Assembly (NCBI GenBank): GCA_951406725.2
Contig: OX597825.1
Location: 45,694,001 to 45,758,000, forward strand
Direction: 5' to 3'
Length of the DNA stretch: 64,000 nucleotides
From: Octopus vulgaris
Taxonomy: Eukaryota
Below the pieces are notes generated by a model. The model was not told the origin of the DNA and did no database searches. It saw nothing but the letters and a program-made list of their open reading frames with translations. The position numbers and the translations under genes were made by a program. How positions within the stretch are numbered: the stretch's first letter is position 1; every line of letters begins with the position of its first letter. Of this stretch, positions 38,864-52,989 are shown in pieces.

Positions 38864-40340
38864 TTGGGTTATCCTATAAACATTTTTTCAATTGCATGAA
38901 CTAAAAGTCTGAGAGAGACAGGATAAACTACGTGCATCAACTTGCTATCAAAGCAGGTAGTAATTTTACCTTGTACTTATTCTTAGTGCAAGTTTTGAAG
39001 AGTGCAGTTCCATTTTAACAGTTAATTTTTCAAAGCTATAATGGAAGTGACTAGGAAGCATTTTTTTCTATGAGTTCAGTAAAAGTAACAACATAAAAGA
39101 GAGTGCGAGGAATATTAATATGGGAATTGGACAATAAGCACAATCCAGAGTCAATGGTGGTTCTGGAAACTTCAATCTAGAAGATGAGCCTTGTCCTAGA
39201 TGATCTGTACAGCTCAACAAGGACATCCTGCAAATCTTGGTGGAACAAAATGCCATTGTAACTGTTGAGGAACTAGCAGAGAAGCTTGGATTTGGTCATT
39301 CAACCATTCATTGATATCAGTATGCCATTGGAAGAGTCAGCATATTGGGTCGATGGGTTCCTCACAAAAGTGACTGTGTGCTCTTCTTTGCTGTCACATC
39401 TCACAAATAAACCTTTTTTGGACCGAATAGTGACTGGGGATGAGAAATGGGTTCTCCATAAAAATGTCAAGTGCCGAAGACAGTGGGTAGGAAAAGGAGA
39501 AACACTGGCATTCCAGTCTAAAGAAGGTCTTCACCCATGTAAGATGTTATCTGCTTGGTGGAATATGAAAGGTTTAGTTAACTTTGAACTTTTAAACCCA
39601 AACCAGACGATAACAAAGATCTACTGTGAGCAGCTAGAAGCAAGTGCTAGAAGGAAAAAGGGCTTAGCCCCCAAGGACATGCTGACATAGTTGCTATATT
39701 AGGGGATGAGATTCTAGCTTTATCAACAGTGCAAAGGTGGACAGCTTAATTTAGGAAGAGAAGGGAGAGTCTTGAAGATGACCCAAGGCCTGGACATCTT
39801 GCCACTGATACCACTAAGGAAAAAAACACCATGTTTACTATAAATCAAATAGCCTATGCTATTAGCATATCCTCTGTGAGAATTGAGAATATTCTGCACA
39901 ACAAACTTGGCTTGATGGTTTCTGCTCAGTGGGTGCCATGTCTTTCAGCACCAGGTTGGTTTCAAGACAAAAGGTGCTCTTCCCTCAGGATAATGCTCAG
40001 CCACATACAGTGAAGATGACATTCCAAAGGCTGGTGCAGTTTGAATGGGAAACGAAGCCTCACCTACCATATTTATTGCACATTTCCCCATCTCATTATC
40101 ATGTATTCTTCAAAATCATTTGGATGGAAAAAATATGAATTCTATAGGCGAGGTCAGAACAGTACTGGAGGAGTAATTTTCCTCATAGACAAGTGAATTT
40201 TGGAAGAGTGGCCTTGTAAGTCTACCAGATAGATGGAAGAGCGTTGTGGAAAATAAAGGACAGTATATTTTAGATTAAAAAAGAACTTTATCTTAATTTT
40301 GAAAAATAAAGAAGTATAAAAACCCACATAATTTATGGGA
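38864..40340 (+). mobile_element. Degraded mariner of a different subfamily, carrying a 305-bp templated insertion
   Basis: FLDRIVTGDEKWV and QDNAQPH motifs with TIR-like ttgggttatcctataa / ttatgggatgacgcaa. 39654-39958 is a copy of 37671-37975. Confidence 0.8.
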
Positions 40341-40384
40341 TGACGCAAGATATATAATGAATCCCAAAAAACATAAAAAAGTGC

Positions 40385-41245
40385 GAGGACATGGTACATG
40401 CAAAGTAACAAGATGCTCAGAGAAGGCAAAAAAGGACGTTTTATATTTTGAGCAAAGCTCTTCAGAAGTAACAGGAGACAGGAGAAATTCCAGGAGAAAA
40501 GGAAGACAGAGGAAAAAAAAATCACCAACAATCCACATGTAGTTACATTTTGAAATGACTGGAAGGGAATGGACAAAGAAAAAGTTCTTTCTAAGACAGG
40601 ATTGTGTAAGAGAAGGAGGTATCTGTGGGTATGCGCATGTGTGCGTAATAGCATTTGTTTGTGTGTGTGGTATTAACTGTTTATATGTGTATGAGTGAGT
40701 GATCTTTGTGTCTGTTAATGTTGTAGGAAGAATTCAGCAGGTATGGTAACAAAATTGTGGTCTTTTGTGTGTTTCTTCAAGTGTGTAAATGGGATGGTCA
40801 GTGGAAAGGTGTTTGAGAGGCAGTCTGAAGTATGTGGTGTGTGTGTGTGCATATGTTTGTGGAGGTATGTGGTTAGATGTGCATGTGTAGAGGTATATGT
40901 GTATTCCTGTGTGTGCGTGTGTGTATATAAACAGTTAATATCACACACAATTGCCACCACCTGCACACATGCACTCAGTTACTGCCACACACACATATAC
41001 ACATAGATACCTTCTCTTACATTCTCCTGTTTTAGAAAAAACATTTTCTTTGTCCATTCCCTTCGGGTCATTTCAAAATGTAACTACATATGGATTGTTG
41101 GCATTTTTTTAATATTCTATTCCTCCATCTTCTTTTTCTCTTGGACTTTCTTCTATCTCCTGTTTCTGAAGAAGTGCTTAGCTCGAAACATTCTTTCTTT
41201 CCTTTCCTGAGTGTCTTTTAATACTTTGCATGTACCATGTCCTCA
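40385..41245. mobile_element. Inverted pair of PLE pLTR-like repeats with decayed minimal HHRs
   Basis: 40385-40625 is an imperfect reverse complement of 41000-41245. gttt CTGAAGA agtgcttagctc GAAAc lies at 41162-41189. Confidence 0.6.
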
Positions 41246-41899
41246 TGTTTTTTTTCTTCATTTTTTTTTGGATTAACTATTTACTGTACACTCACATGGA
41301 CCCCCATCCTTCCAACTGGCTTTGCATTACCTTATTCGGAGTATGCCATTTCTGCACCTTGATTATATATATCTTGCTATAATTGGCCTTATGTCTGGCA
41401 GTCTTACTAAGAACATCTTGAGAATGGTTTATATCATGTTTAAAAATTTTATTGTAAAGACTTGCTACACTGCTTCGCTTTGATTCGTATGAAACTAAGG
41501 AAGCCATTTCCATATTCATAAATAAAAATAAATTATATGGAAATCGGCCACAGTAACAAAACAGAAACAAAAACCTAAATGGTATTTATGAAATTTCAAA
41601 CAGTACTTTCAATTCTTCTTTCTTTATTATCTTTACAACAGTTCTGGGTGTTGATGGGATGTGCAATACAAAGTGTGTGAAACACAGAGAGTGACACAGA
41701 CAGATGAAGAAAAACACAGACATACAGAAACAGAGAGAAAGACACACTGTGTGTGTTTTCTTTTACCCCATCAACACATTGATGGGGTGTGCAAAACAGA
41801 AAGTGTGTGACAAAGAGAGAAAGAGAGACTAACAGACATACAGAGAAAGAGAGAAAAAGACTGTATGTGTGCGTTTCTTTTAACCCCATCAACACACTT

Positions 41900-42657
41900 C
41901 CTCTACAATGATATCAATTTGGTACAGCATCAGGACAAAAAATAAATAAAAACAATGTTAATGACCACATAATAAACAACTTCCCAGGAGAAAGTCGACA
42001 ATATCTAAGTTTGAACACTATAGTCAATGGAAATTATCACCAGTATCCATAGGATTTCCTTAACAACTTGAATCTATCAGGACTACCTATGCATAGGATC
42101 TCACTGAAAAAATACTGTCCTATAATGCTCCTACGAAATTTTGACCCTGCCAATGGACTTTGCAGCAGAACAAGATACACGATCACGCAGCCCAATTCTC
42201 CTATCATCGAAGCAATGATTGTGATTGGCCCTCACAGTCGTAAATGCCTGTTCATGCCTTGGATGCCACTGGTACCCTCTGACAACCAGTTTCCCTTCCA
42301 ATTATGACTCAGGCAGTTTCTCATCAAACTATCCTTCCCATTCACAGCTAACAAGTCTCAAAGCCAGACTTTAGATCGTGTTGTGTTTTTACCTGCTCCA
42401 ATGTTTACACATAGCCAGTTGTATTTCGCTTTGAAAATTAGTGTTAATCAAACAAAATATTGTTTACAAAGAAGTTTTGTAAACATAATATCATGAATAT
42501 ATACTATGTAAAGCTGTACAGTATAATCGAAAAAACTGTTATTTATATTTTGTTACATTTCCCATGCTTATATTTCACTATAAATACATTCATACTTAAA
42601 GTTATTGTTCTCCATCCTCCTTTTATTTCCCGTCATAGATAGATAGGTTTGCTAGTA
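41900..42657 (+). mobile_element. Helitron 3' portion with helicase remnant
   Basis: SGLPMHRISLKKYCPIMLLRNFDPANGLCSRTR and FPFQL, then NKSQSQTL. It ends in ...gCTAGt. Confidence 0.8.
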
Positions 42658-42659
42658 TT

Positions 42660-43550
42660 TATCATCATCAACATTTAATGTTGGTTTTCTATGCTGGCAT
42701 GGGTTGGCATGGGTTGGATGGCTTGAAAGGAACTGGCAAAGCCAGGGGCCAACCAGGTTTCATAATCTGTTTTGGCTTGGTTTCTATGGCTGGATGCTCT
42801 TCCTGAATCCAACCACTCCACAGAGTATACTGAGTGCTTCTTACATGGTACCTTAGTTGTAGGATCTCAATTCTGTTGTAGTGGATAGGTACAGCAGTGT
42901 GCCACATATCTCAGTCCTCTGACATCTCATTCATAAGGTTCTGTGTTTTGAAATTGGCCTTCAATACTTCATCCCACATCTTTCACAACTTCCCTCCAAC
43001 TTAAGTGATCGGCACTTCTTTATGCAACTGTCCTCATCCATATGCATCACATGACCAAACCAGCACAGTCTCCTCCCTTGCACACTGTGTCTAATTCCTC
43101 TTATGCCCAACTTCTCTCTCAATTCACCAACACTATCACCCATGCACACTGACATTGCATATCCAGCAGAGCTTACCAGCTTCATCTCCAGCTTTCACAT
43201 GATCTCCACATTCAGGGCTCACGTCTTATTACCATGCGGCATCGCAGTTTGTACACATGCATGATACAATATTCCCTTCACTTGGAGAGACCTTTGGTTG
43301 CCAACAAAGGTAGATACTCTTTGAACTTTCTCCATCCTATTCTTATCCTAGCAATTACACTTTCTGTACAACCTCCTCCACTGCTAACTAGGTCATCTAC
43401 AACTTCCAGAGAGCCACCAGAGCATTTAAGGAAATCATTCTCCTGTGTATCTGGTCTTTATAGCTCTCATATATGTTCCTACATATCAAGCAGAGCCATT
43501 TACTGGAAGGGTGAAGGTTTCTGTCTGATTTCTTGCCTACTGGGACATAG
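42660..43550 (-). mobile_element. RTE LINE 3' fragment
   Basis: LREKLGIRGIR..RRLCWFGHV plus the family 3' UTR. Confidence 0.7.
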
Positions 43551-43567
43551 TCTTTATATATATATAT

Positions 43568-46544
43568 ATCTATATATAAAACTGAAATGCGTTTTTACCG
43601 CTTGGATCGCTTTCAATGCCACTACGTCCCGTCCGATTCGCTCCAAAATTTACAGGGACATGTAGAATGAGGTGACGATGCTCGTGGGCTACCTTAGAAA
43701 TCCCTATCTTAAAAGGTGTGGTTGCTAGGGGCCATCTTCCTCACTCACGCTATTTCCTCCTTTCCCTCTCTTACTTCCCTTCATTTATAACTTTGAGAGG
43801 TCCACTACCATTATTTAAAGTATCTACCTTTCAACAACATTCACAGCACAGTCCAGGCTAAACTCCGCCTCATGCAAGACGCATGGTTAAGCGCCAAGGC
43901 GGATGAGATTCAGGGATACGCAGACAAACACGACACCAAGAAATTCTACGAGGCGCTGAAAGCTGTCTATGGACCGCAGTTCTCCTTTGGATCAACCCCC
44001 CTGCTCAGCTCGGATGGAACCTCACTCCTGACTAACAAGAGGCTGATCCTGGAGAGATGGGCGGAGCATTTCAACATCGTGCTCAACCGACCAGCCCAGA
44101 TCAACGAGGAAGCCATCGCACGACTCCCCCCAGGTGCCGACAAACCACAAGCTGGCTGTTCTCCCTGCAATCGAGGAAGTGAGCAGAGCCATCAAAAAAA
44201 TGTCCACCGGCAAAGCTCCAGGCTCTGACGCCATCCCTGCAGAGGTGTTCAAGGCGGGCGGCCCCACCATGATCAGTCAGCTCACCAGCCTGTTCCAGTC
44301 GATGTGGGACAGGGAACAACTCCCTCAAGATTTCCGGGACGCAACAATCGTCCACATTTATAAGCGGAAAGGAGATCGGCAGTCCTGCGACAACCACCGA
44401 GGAATCTCCCTCTTGTCCATAGCAGGCAAGATCCTGGCCCGAGTCCTGCTTGATCGCCTTCTGGAACACTTGGAGCAAGGCCTTCTCCCTGAGAGCCAGT
44501 GTGGCTTCTGCGTGGGTCGAGGGACCACTGACATGATATTCGCCGCCCGCCAGCTCCAGGAGAAATGCATGGAGCAGCACCTTGACCTCTGCATGACCTT
44601 TGTTGACCTCACCAAGGCTTTCGATACAGTCAGTCGGGAGGGACTATGGAAGGTCATGGGAAAATTTGGTTGCCCCAGCAAATTTATTGCAATTGTCCGC
44701 CAGTTCCACAACGGAATGACAGCCAGAGTCCTTGAAGACGGCAACTCATCTGAAGCCTTCCAGGTGACCAACGGAGTCAGGCAGGGCTGTGTCCTGGCCC
44801 CAACACTGTTCAGCATCATGTTCTCGGCAATGCTGTCCGACGCCTTTAGGGACTGCAAGTCCGGTATCGACATCAAGTACAGGACAGACGGGAAACTTTT
44901 CAACTCCAGAAGATTGCAGGCTGTCACAAAGGTAAGGGAGACAGTCGTCAGAGACTTTCTCTTTGCTGAGGACTGCGCCCTTAATGCAATCAATGAGCAG
45001 GAGATGCAGCTTGAGATGGACAGGTTCTCATCAGCCTGTGACAACTTCGGTCTCACCATCAGTGCCAAGAAAACCGAAGTGATGTTTCAGCCAGCCCCCG
45101 GCAAACAATACCATGAGCCTCAGATAAAGGAGAATGGACAGATCCTACGAGCGGTGGAAAACTTCACCTACCTGGGCAGCACTCTCTCCTGCAATGCCAA
45201 CATAGATGCTGAAACCATCAACAGAATCTCCAAGGCAAGCAGCGCGTTTGGGAGACTGCGAAAGAAAGTCTGGGAGCGGAGAGGAATCAGCCTCAACACC
45301 AAGCTGAAAGTCTACCGGGCAGTCGTGCTTACCACCCTACTATACGGCTGCGAGACGTGAACTGCTTACCGAAGGCACGAGCGTCAGATAAACCACTTTC
45401 ACCTCAGGTGTCTTCGGAACCTCCTTCACATCCGCTGGCAGGACAAAGTCCCAGACACGGAAGTTCTGAAGCAGGCAGATCTCCCTAGCACCATCACAAT
45501 CATGCGCAAGGCCCAGCTGAGATGGGTGGGCCACGTCTCCCGCATGTCCGACACTTGCATCCCAAAACAGCTCTTCTACGGTGAACTCAGCCAGGGCAAA
45601 CGCAAAGTCGGAGGGCAGAAGAAGCGCTTCAAGGACAGTCTCAAGGTCTCTCTCAGAGACTTCTCCATCGGCACAGAGACCTGGGAGACACTTGTTGCCG
45701 ACCGCTCATCCTGGCGCAGCGCAATCACCACAGGAGCAGGGACAGCCGAGGAGGGACGGATTCGGTCAGCAGAGCAGAAACGCCAGATGCGGAAAGCCAG
45801 AGCCGCCTGCACCAGTAGCACGGCCCCTACCCACTTCTGCCCCACCTGTGGGAGGGGCTTCCTTGCCCGGATTGGCCTCACGAGCCACCTCCGGTCTCAT
45901 AGCGGCAGTTCCACCAGATAATGTCAGTGGTCATCTTCGAACCCGAAAGGACGAACATTAGCACTCTCGCTATTTCCTCTCTTTTTCACTGACTCTGTTT
46001 CCTGCCTTCCCATCACTTCGGCGGCGTTCTTTTAAGTATCTGTCTGTCACCAACAACACACGAGCATGAGAACAAATATTATGAATCAGATATTCTTGCG
46101 TTCATTTATGTGTGTGTGTGTGTGTGTGTTTTATATATAAATATGTATATATAATGTATGTGTGTGTGTGTGTTCTATATATAAATATGTATATATAATG
46201 TATGTGTGTGTGTTCTATATATAAATATGTATATATAATGTATGTATACAAAGTGTATATATCTGTATTTATGTATATTAAACTTTTTCATACTTTTTCA
46301 TAGTTATATAGATTTTTAAACAAATTATAAATATAATTTAATAATTTTCATTTTCAATTTAAATAATTTAAATTTTTCAATTTTATATTTTCTATATTTT
46401 CTATATTATATTTTTTTTTTGTTTTTGTTTTTGGTTTTTCACTGTTTGATTTGCCTATTAGTGGTTTTATCTCTAATTTAATTTATACAGATATATATCT
46501 CATTTGTATACATTTGTATATATAATGCGTGCACACACACACAC

Positions 46545-46586
<42 letters not shown>

Positions 46587-47790
46587 TATTTATATATATA
46601 TAATGTGTGCATTACGTAGTCGGTCGATTCAGCTGAAAATATGCACACCTATGTTAAAAGTGCTGGCAAGTTTGCATGACAACTATTTTTTTCCTCAAAT
46701 GAAAGGCGTCACCTCTAGGACAAAATTCCTCATCTTATAAAATGTGGCCCCAGTAGACCCGAATGAAATCGGGTTATATTAACCAAAATGTGAAAAGGGG
46801 TCTAAATGGGGCTGGAAGGGGATTAAAATTTCAAGGAGCGGGTGTTTAGGAATTCTCTGTTACATCAAGCTAAAAAATTTGCGCCAGCCTTTTAATCGTC
46901 AATGTGTTGCCGTCCATGATAAAGAAGTTTTGAATGCTTGCCATGGTGAGTCTACTGTCATGAGAAAGAATCACTTCAAAACTTGGTGTTTACGAATTTT
47001 CTTTTACATCAAGTTCAAAATTTTACGCTAGCCGTTAAACTGTCAATACGTTGCTGTCCATCGTTAAGAAATGCCAGCCATGGTGAGTCTACTATCCACA
47101 GATTCTATCCCTTCAAACTTTGGTTTCCAATATTTTATTATTTTTATTCAGCTCGCAAGTTCGTCTGTCCCTTTTAAATGTTAGCGTTTTGCTGTCTGCC
47201 TTGAAGCAGACCTTTCCGTTGCCACTGCCTGATATTTCTGATTGATCTTTCTAAATATTTTATTTCTCAACTTACTCAAGATCTTCTGTTGTTTATAAAT
47301 GGGAGAGAGATAGATAAAGATAGAGAGTAAGAGAAAGCGAGGGAGAGTCCGAGAGAAAATAAAAGTAAGAGAGTGGGAAAGTGAGAGAGAAAGGAGAGAG
47401 AAACAAATACGGAGAATCATCATCATCATCGTTTAACGTCCGTTTTCCGTGCTAGCACGGGTTGGACAGTGTGACCGGAGTTTGGGAAGCCAGGAAGCTG
47501 CACCAGGCTCCAGTCTGATCTGGCAGTGTTTCTACAGGTGGATGACCTTCCTAACGCCAACCACTCTGTGAGTCTAGTGGGTGATTTTTTCGTGCCGCTG
47601 GCACAGGTGCCATGGGGCTGGCAGCGGCCACGACCGGTTGGTGCTTTTTACATGCCACCGGCACAGAAGCAAGTCATGGCGGCGCTGCAATCGGCCACGT
47701 TCGGATGGTGCTTTTTACGTGCTGAAAGGAAGCAACAGAAAGTAACAACCACACTCTTACCCGCGCGTAGAGCGGGCCACCTTCAGCTAG
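43568..47790 (+). mobile_element. Non-autonomous Helitron unit 1, hosting RTE insertions
   Basis: 5' TCTATATATAAA and 3' hairpin cccgc..gcggg plus CTAG. Homologous to unit 2. Confidence 0.75.
43830..45960 (+). mobile_element. Young 5'-truncated RTE (BovB-like) LINE
   Basis: RT ORF 44134-45360 contains KAPGSDAIPAE, NHRGISLL, PESQCGF, FVDLTKAFD, GVRQGCVLAP and FAEDC. A C-terminal C2H2 finger (CPTCGRGF..H...H) follows. Confidence 0.92.
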
Positions 47791-47792
47791 TA

Positions 47793-49398
47793 TATCTATA
47801 AATCTGAAATGAGAAAGTTTGTCTGGTTTTGGAATTAGAACGGATTAAAGGGCACTAGATCCCGTTGGATTGAATCCAAAATTTACAGGGACATGTAAAA
47901 TGAGGTGAGGATGTGAGTGGGCTAGGTTAGAAATCCCTATCTTAAAAGGTGTGATTACAAGGGCAAAAAATGCACACTTTGACAAGTCTCCTCTCATTCT
48001 CTTATCTGCCTGTCTTCCTCCGTCTCTCTCTGTTTCCTCCCTTCCCATCACTTTCTCTCTATAACGACGTTTGACAGCTACTACTATCTTTCCTTCGCAA
48101 GCACTGTCACTCTTTCCCCCACCGCCTCCCTCTCTCTGTACATCTGTCTGCATTCATAGAGAGTTTTATTATCACCACGACTATCACACAATCATGAGAA
48201 CAAATATTATGAATCAGATATTTATTGGGTTAATTTATATATGTGTGTGTGTGTGTGCTCTATATATAAATACGTATATATAATGTATATATACAAAGTG
48301 TATATATCTTTATATATATATATATATATATATATTGTATACATTTGTATATATAATGCGTATACACACACATTTATATAATGCGTATATATGTACATAT
48401 ATATATATATATGATTTTGATTTTGATTTTTCCAGTTTCAGCTAATGAGCTGTGGCCATGCTGGGGCACCGCCATTTAAATATATATATATATGTATGTA
48501 TATGTATAATGTGTGCATTATGTGGTCGGTTGAGCTGAAAATATGCACACCTATGTTAAAAGTGCTGGTGAGCTTGTATGCCAACTATTTTTTTCCTCAA
48601 CTGAAAGGCGTCACCTCTAGGACAAAATTCCTCATCTTATAAAATGTGGTCCGAGTAGACCCGAATGAAATCGGGTTATATTAACCAAAATGTGAAAAGG
48701 GGTCTAAATGGGGCTGGAAGGGGGTTACAATTTACAGGAGCGGATGTTTAGGAATTCTCTGTTACATCAAGCTAAAAAATTTGCACCAGCCTTTAAATCG
48801 TCAATGTGTTGCCGTCCATGATGAAGAAGTTTTGAATGCTTGCCATGGTGAGTCTACTGTCATGAGAAAGAATCACTTCAAAACTTGGTGTTTACGAATT
48901 TTCTTTTACATCAAGTTCAAAATTTTACGTCAGCCGTCTAACTGTCACTACGTTGCTGTCCGTCGTTAAGAAATGCCAGCCATGGTGAGTCTACTATCCA
49001 CAGATTCTATCCCTTCAAACTTTGGTTTCCAATATTTTATTATTTTTATTCAACTCGCAAGTTCGTCTGTCCCTTTTAAATGTTAGTGTTTTGCTGTCTG
49101 CCTTGAAGCAGACCTTTCTGTTGTCACTGCCTGATATTTATGAGTGATTTTTCAAAATATTGTACCTTTTCAACTTCCTCAAGATCTTTTGTTGTTTATA
49201 AATGTGAGAGAGATAGATAGAGAGTAAGAGAAAGCGAGGGAGAATCCGAGAGAAAAGAAGAATAAGAGAGTGGGAAAGTGAGAGAGAAAGGAGAGAGAAA
49301 CAAAGAGGGAGAAATGTGGTGATAAAAAACAGAAAGGAAGCAACAGAAAGTAACAACCACACTCTTACCCGTGCGTAGAGCGGGTCACCTTAAGCTAG
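47793..49398 (+). mobile_element. Non-autonomous Helitron unit 2, tandem to unit 1
   Basis: 48510-49398 is closely similar to 46605-47790 and has the same hairpin and CTAG end. Confidence 0.78.
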
Positions 49399-49429
<31 letters not shown>

Positions 49430-50979
49430 CATAGCGGTTAAGTTTGCGGACATTTTAGTTATAAAATATTATGTTTACGAAAAATACGGTGTCATATGAA
49501 TTATGTACCTTATGAAAAGTTACATTCCCTATCTGGATATAATTATATGTATGTTTGCATTTACTGTTTTATGGAAATATGTGAGTGGATCTATTTGTAA
49601 ACACTTAGTTAATACCATGGCCATGGTGTCGTTTGGGGTGGCTCCAGCAGGGGTGGTGGCAAGCACTGCTGTATTCTTCACCACAACTTTCTCTCACACT
49701 TTCTTCCTGTGTCTCTTGTACCTGTATTTCAAAGGGCCAGCCTTGTCACCCTCTGTGTCACGCTGAATCTCCCTGAGAACTACATTAAGGGTACACATGT
49801 CTGTAGAGTGCTCAGCCACTTGCACGTTAATTTCAAGAGCAGGCTGTTCCATTGATCGGATCAACTGGAACCCTCGTTGTAATCTACGGAGTGCCACGTT
49901 TTTTTAAATATATATATGCATACATACATACAGATATGCTTGCAAAAGGATCTCAAGAAAGAATTGGAGCAATAAAATACATTAAATAATGAAGGTGGAT
50001 TTGTCTACATGATACAAAAATGTATCTCACCAATTTCATGTTATTAAATAGATAATTCGTTTTCTTTGTTCCCATTCAATATATCTTACTTTATTTTAAA
50101 AAAGTTTGAAAGCCTGAAAATATTTAAAACTGACTTTAAAAAAATGGCAAAACAAAATCTAATGCTATTACAAGATTTTGATCCAATTTTACTTTTCTAC
50201 TAAGAAACTAACTTGTTCCATACAAAAATATTTGATATGATTGTTTAAAATATTTTGAAATTCATCAAAGTGTTGTGACTGATGCAACTGGTATCCAATC
50301 TGAACATTTATAGAAAAAGAAATGGGTAGAAAGGAATTCCAGGATGTTGTAGTTATAAAGAGAAGGGATTGAGTAAAGGGATTTAGATAGTCTGGGATAT
50401 AATAGATAGTAGGAGTGATAAGAAATAAAACTTGTGCCAGAGGAGTAGAGGCCATTGTAGTGGCAGTAAAGCAGAACTGATTTCCTAACCACGTTGTGTG
50501 GGGTTCAGTCCCTCTGTGTGACAACTTGGGCAAGTTATACATTGTCTTGGCTGCAACATTATGTCTCATCAGTAGATAATACTGTGACGATATTTTTGAG
50601 CAACTGCTTACGATTTGGGTGATATCTTAGGTGTTAGCCCCACAAGGTCTGCATTGGTTATCATATTTTGGTGTCTTTCCTGTGTCTCTGTCCCTTTGGT
50701 GCATCAGGTTGATTTTTCCTGTTCCTGTATTGAAAATGCATACCCATCAAACTGAGAGTTAATAATCTGGTTTTTGGTCCATGATAGACTTCTTTGATTA
50801 CCAATGTTACTATAATCCTGGAGCTTTCTGCTAACATATCTTCTGATATATGCTCATCCTTTCATCTGATAATATGTTGTGGTAGAGTTGTGCAACTTCT
50901 TTAGGCATGTATTTAAGGTTATCAGATGAGGAAGGTTGCTCAGGGAGCTGCTTTCCAGGCCTCGTGATGTTATCTTCCT

Positions 50980-52720
50980 TCATCATCATCATCATCGTTT
51001 AACATCCGTTTTCCATGCTAGCACGGGTTGGACGGTTCGACCGAGGTTTGGGAAGCCAGGAGGTTGCACCAGGCTCCAGTCTGATCTGGCAGTGTTTCTA
51101 CAGCTGAATGCTCTTCCTAACGCCAACCACTCTGTGAGTGTAGTGGGTGCTTTTTACGTACCACCGGCACAGGTGCCAGTGGCCACGATTGGTTGGTGCC
51201 TTTTACGTGCCACCAGCACAGAAGCTAGTCAAGGCGGCGCTGGCATCGGCCACGTTCGGATGGTGCTTTTTACGTGCCACCGGCACAGGTATCACAACTA
51301 CTATTTCCATTTGATATTTATTTCAATGTTTATGCACTTGACTCAACAGGTCTCCTTAAGCACAGCAGGTCATGTGCCACCGGTACAGAAGCCAGTCAAG
51401 GCAGCGCTGGCATCGGCCACGTTCGGATGGTGCTTTGTACATGCCACCGGTACAGTCGTAACTACAATTTCCATTTGATATTTATTTTGATATTGATGTT
51501 GATGTACTTGACTCAATAGGTCTCCTCAAGCACAGCAGGTCACTCTACGATCCAAGGTAAGCACAGCAGGTCGTTCTGCAATCCAAGGTACTTTGAATGG
51601 GCTGGGGCTATGCAAAACTGGTGCAGGAAGCAGCCCGGGTCTTCACAGTCACAGCATATTTCCAGAGATCTCGGTCCTTCATCATTGCATCTGTGAGGCC
51701 CAACACTCGGACGTCATGCTTGACTACCTCATGTCATGTCTTCCTGGGTCTACCTTTACCCCTGATACCTTCAACTGTTTGGGAGTGGCACTTCTTCACA
51801 CATCTCTCCTCATCCATCCACAGTACATGACCATACCATTGCAAGCATCTCTCTTGTACACCACATCTGATGCTTCTTATGTCCAGCATTTCTCTCAGGG
51901 TGCTTACACTCTGTTGTGCATGCACACTGACATTACACATCCAGTGGATCATGTTAGCTTAATTTCTTTCAAGTCTACGTATGTCCTCTGCAGTCACAGC
52001 CCATGTTTCACTACCATGAAGCATGACGGTTCGCATACATGCATCATACAATCTACCTTTCGCTCTGAGCGAGAGACCCTTTGTCACCAGTAGGGGTAGG
52101 AACTTTCTAAACTTTGCCCAGGCTATTTGTATTCTTGTATTCCACTACTAACTTGGTCACCCAGGTAGTGGAAACTATCAACTACTTCTAGTTTCTTCTC
52201 CTGGAGTGTGATGGAATCTGTTTTCTGAGTATTTGTGGTGTCTATTGCCCCTGTGCATCTGCCGCACATGAAAACTATCTTATCAGTTAATTTTCCTTTG
52301 ATGTTGCTGCACCTCTAATGCATCCATAGCTTACACTGGGTACATCTTATGGAGTTTCTACCTACACCTTTCCTACAGATCGAGCAGGGCCACCTGCCCG
52401 AGGGTGTGTGTGTGATGAGTTCGCCTTTCTGCTTACTATAACTTTGGTCTTTGCTACATTTACTCTTAGGCCCTTTGATTCTAAACCTTGCTTCCACACC
52501 TGAAATTTCTTTTCTAGTTCCGGTAGAGATTCTACTATGAGGGCCAGGTCATCAGCATAGAGGAGCTCCCAGGGGCAACCTGCTTTGAATTCCTCTGTTA
52601 TTGCCTTGAGAACTATGATGAATAAAAGGGGACTGAGGGCTGAGCCTTGGTGGACACCTACTTCTACCTGGAATTCTTCACTATACTTATTGCCAATCCT
52701 AATATTGCTGACAGCCTCGG
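50980..52720 (-). mobile_element. RTE LINE (RT plus 3' UTR), same family as 22367-24450
   Basis: GVHQGSALSPLLF, LLYADDL and a (GAT)n tail. Confidence 0.9.
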
Positions 52721-52989
52721 TCAAGAGATGCACTGACACTTGGTGATTAAAAGATGTTGCTGAAAGAATGTGATATGACATTCAAAAGCAGTCTAGGTCA
52801 ATGTCAAGCCTCTGCCTGCTTGTTTTTTTGTTTTAGGTAGAGGCAGTCTACATTGCTGTTAATGTGCAAATTGTGCTGGTCAGTACCTTCTGGGTTTTCA
52901 CAACAATGGCTCGGATCTCACCAAGTATCCAGTCAAGTAGTCTACATGTTGGTATGAATACTGGTACTACAAACACATTATGGGCCAGT

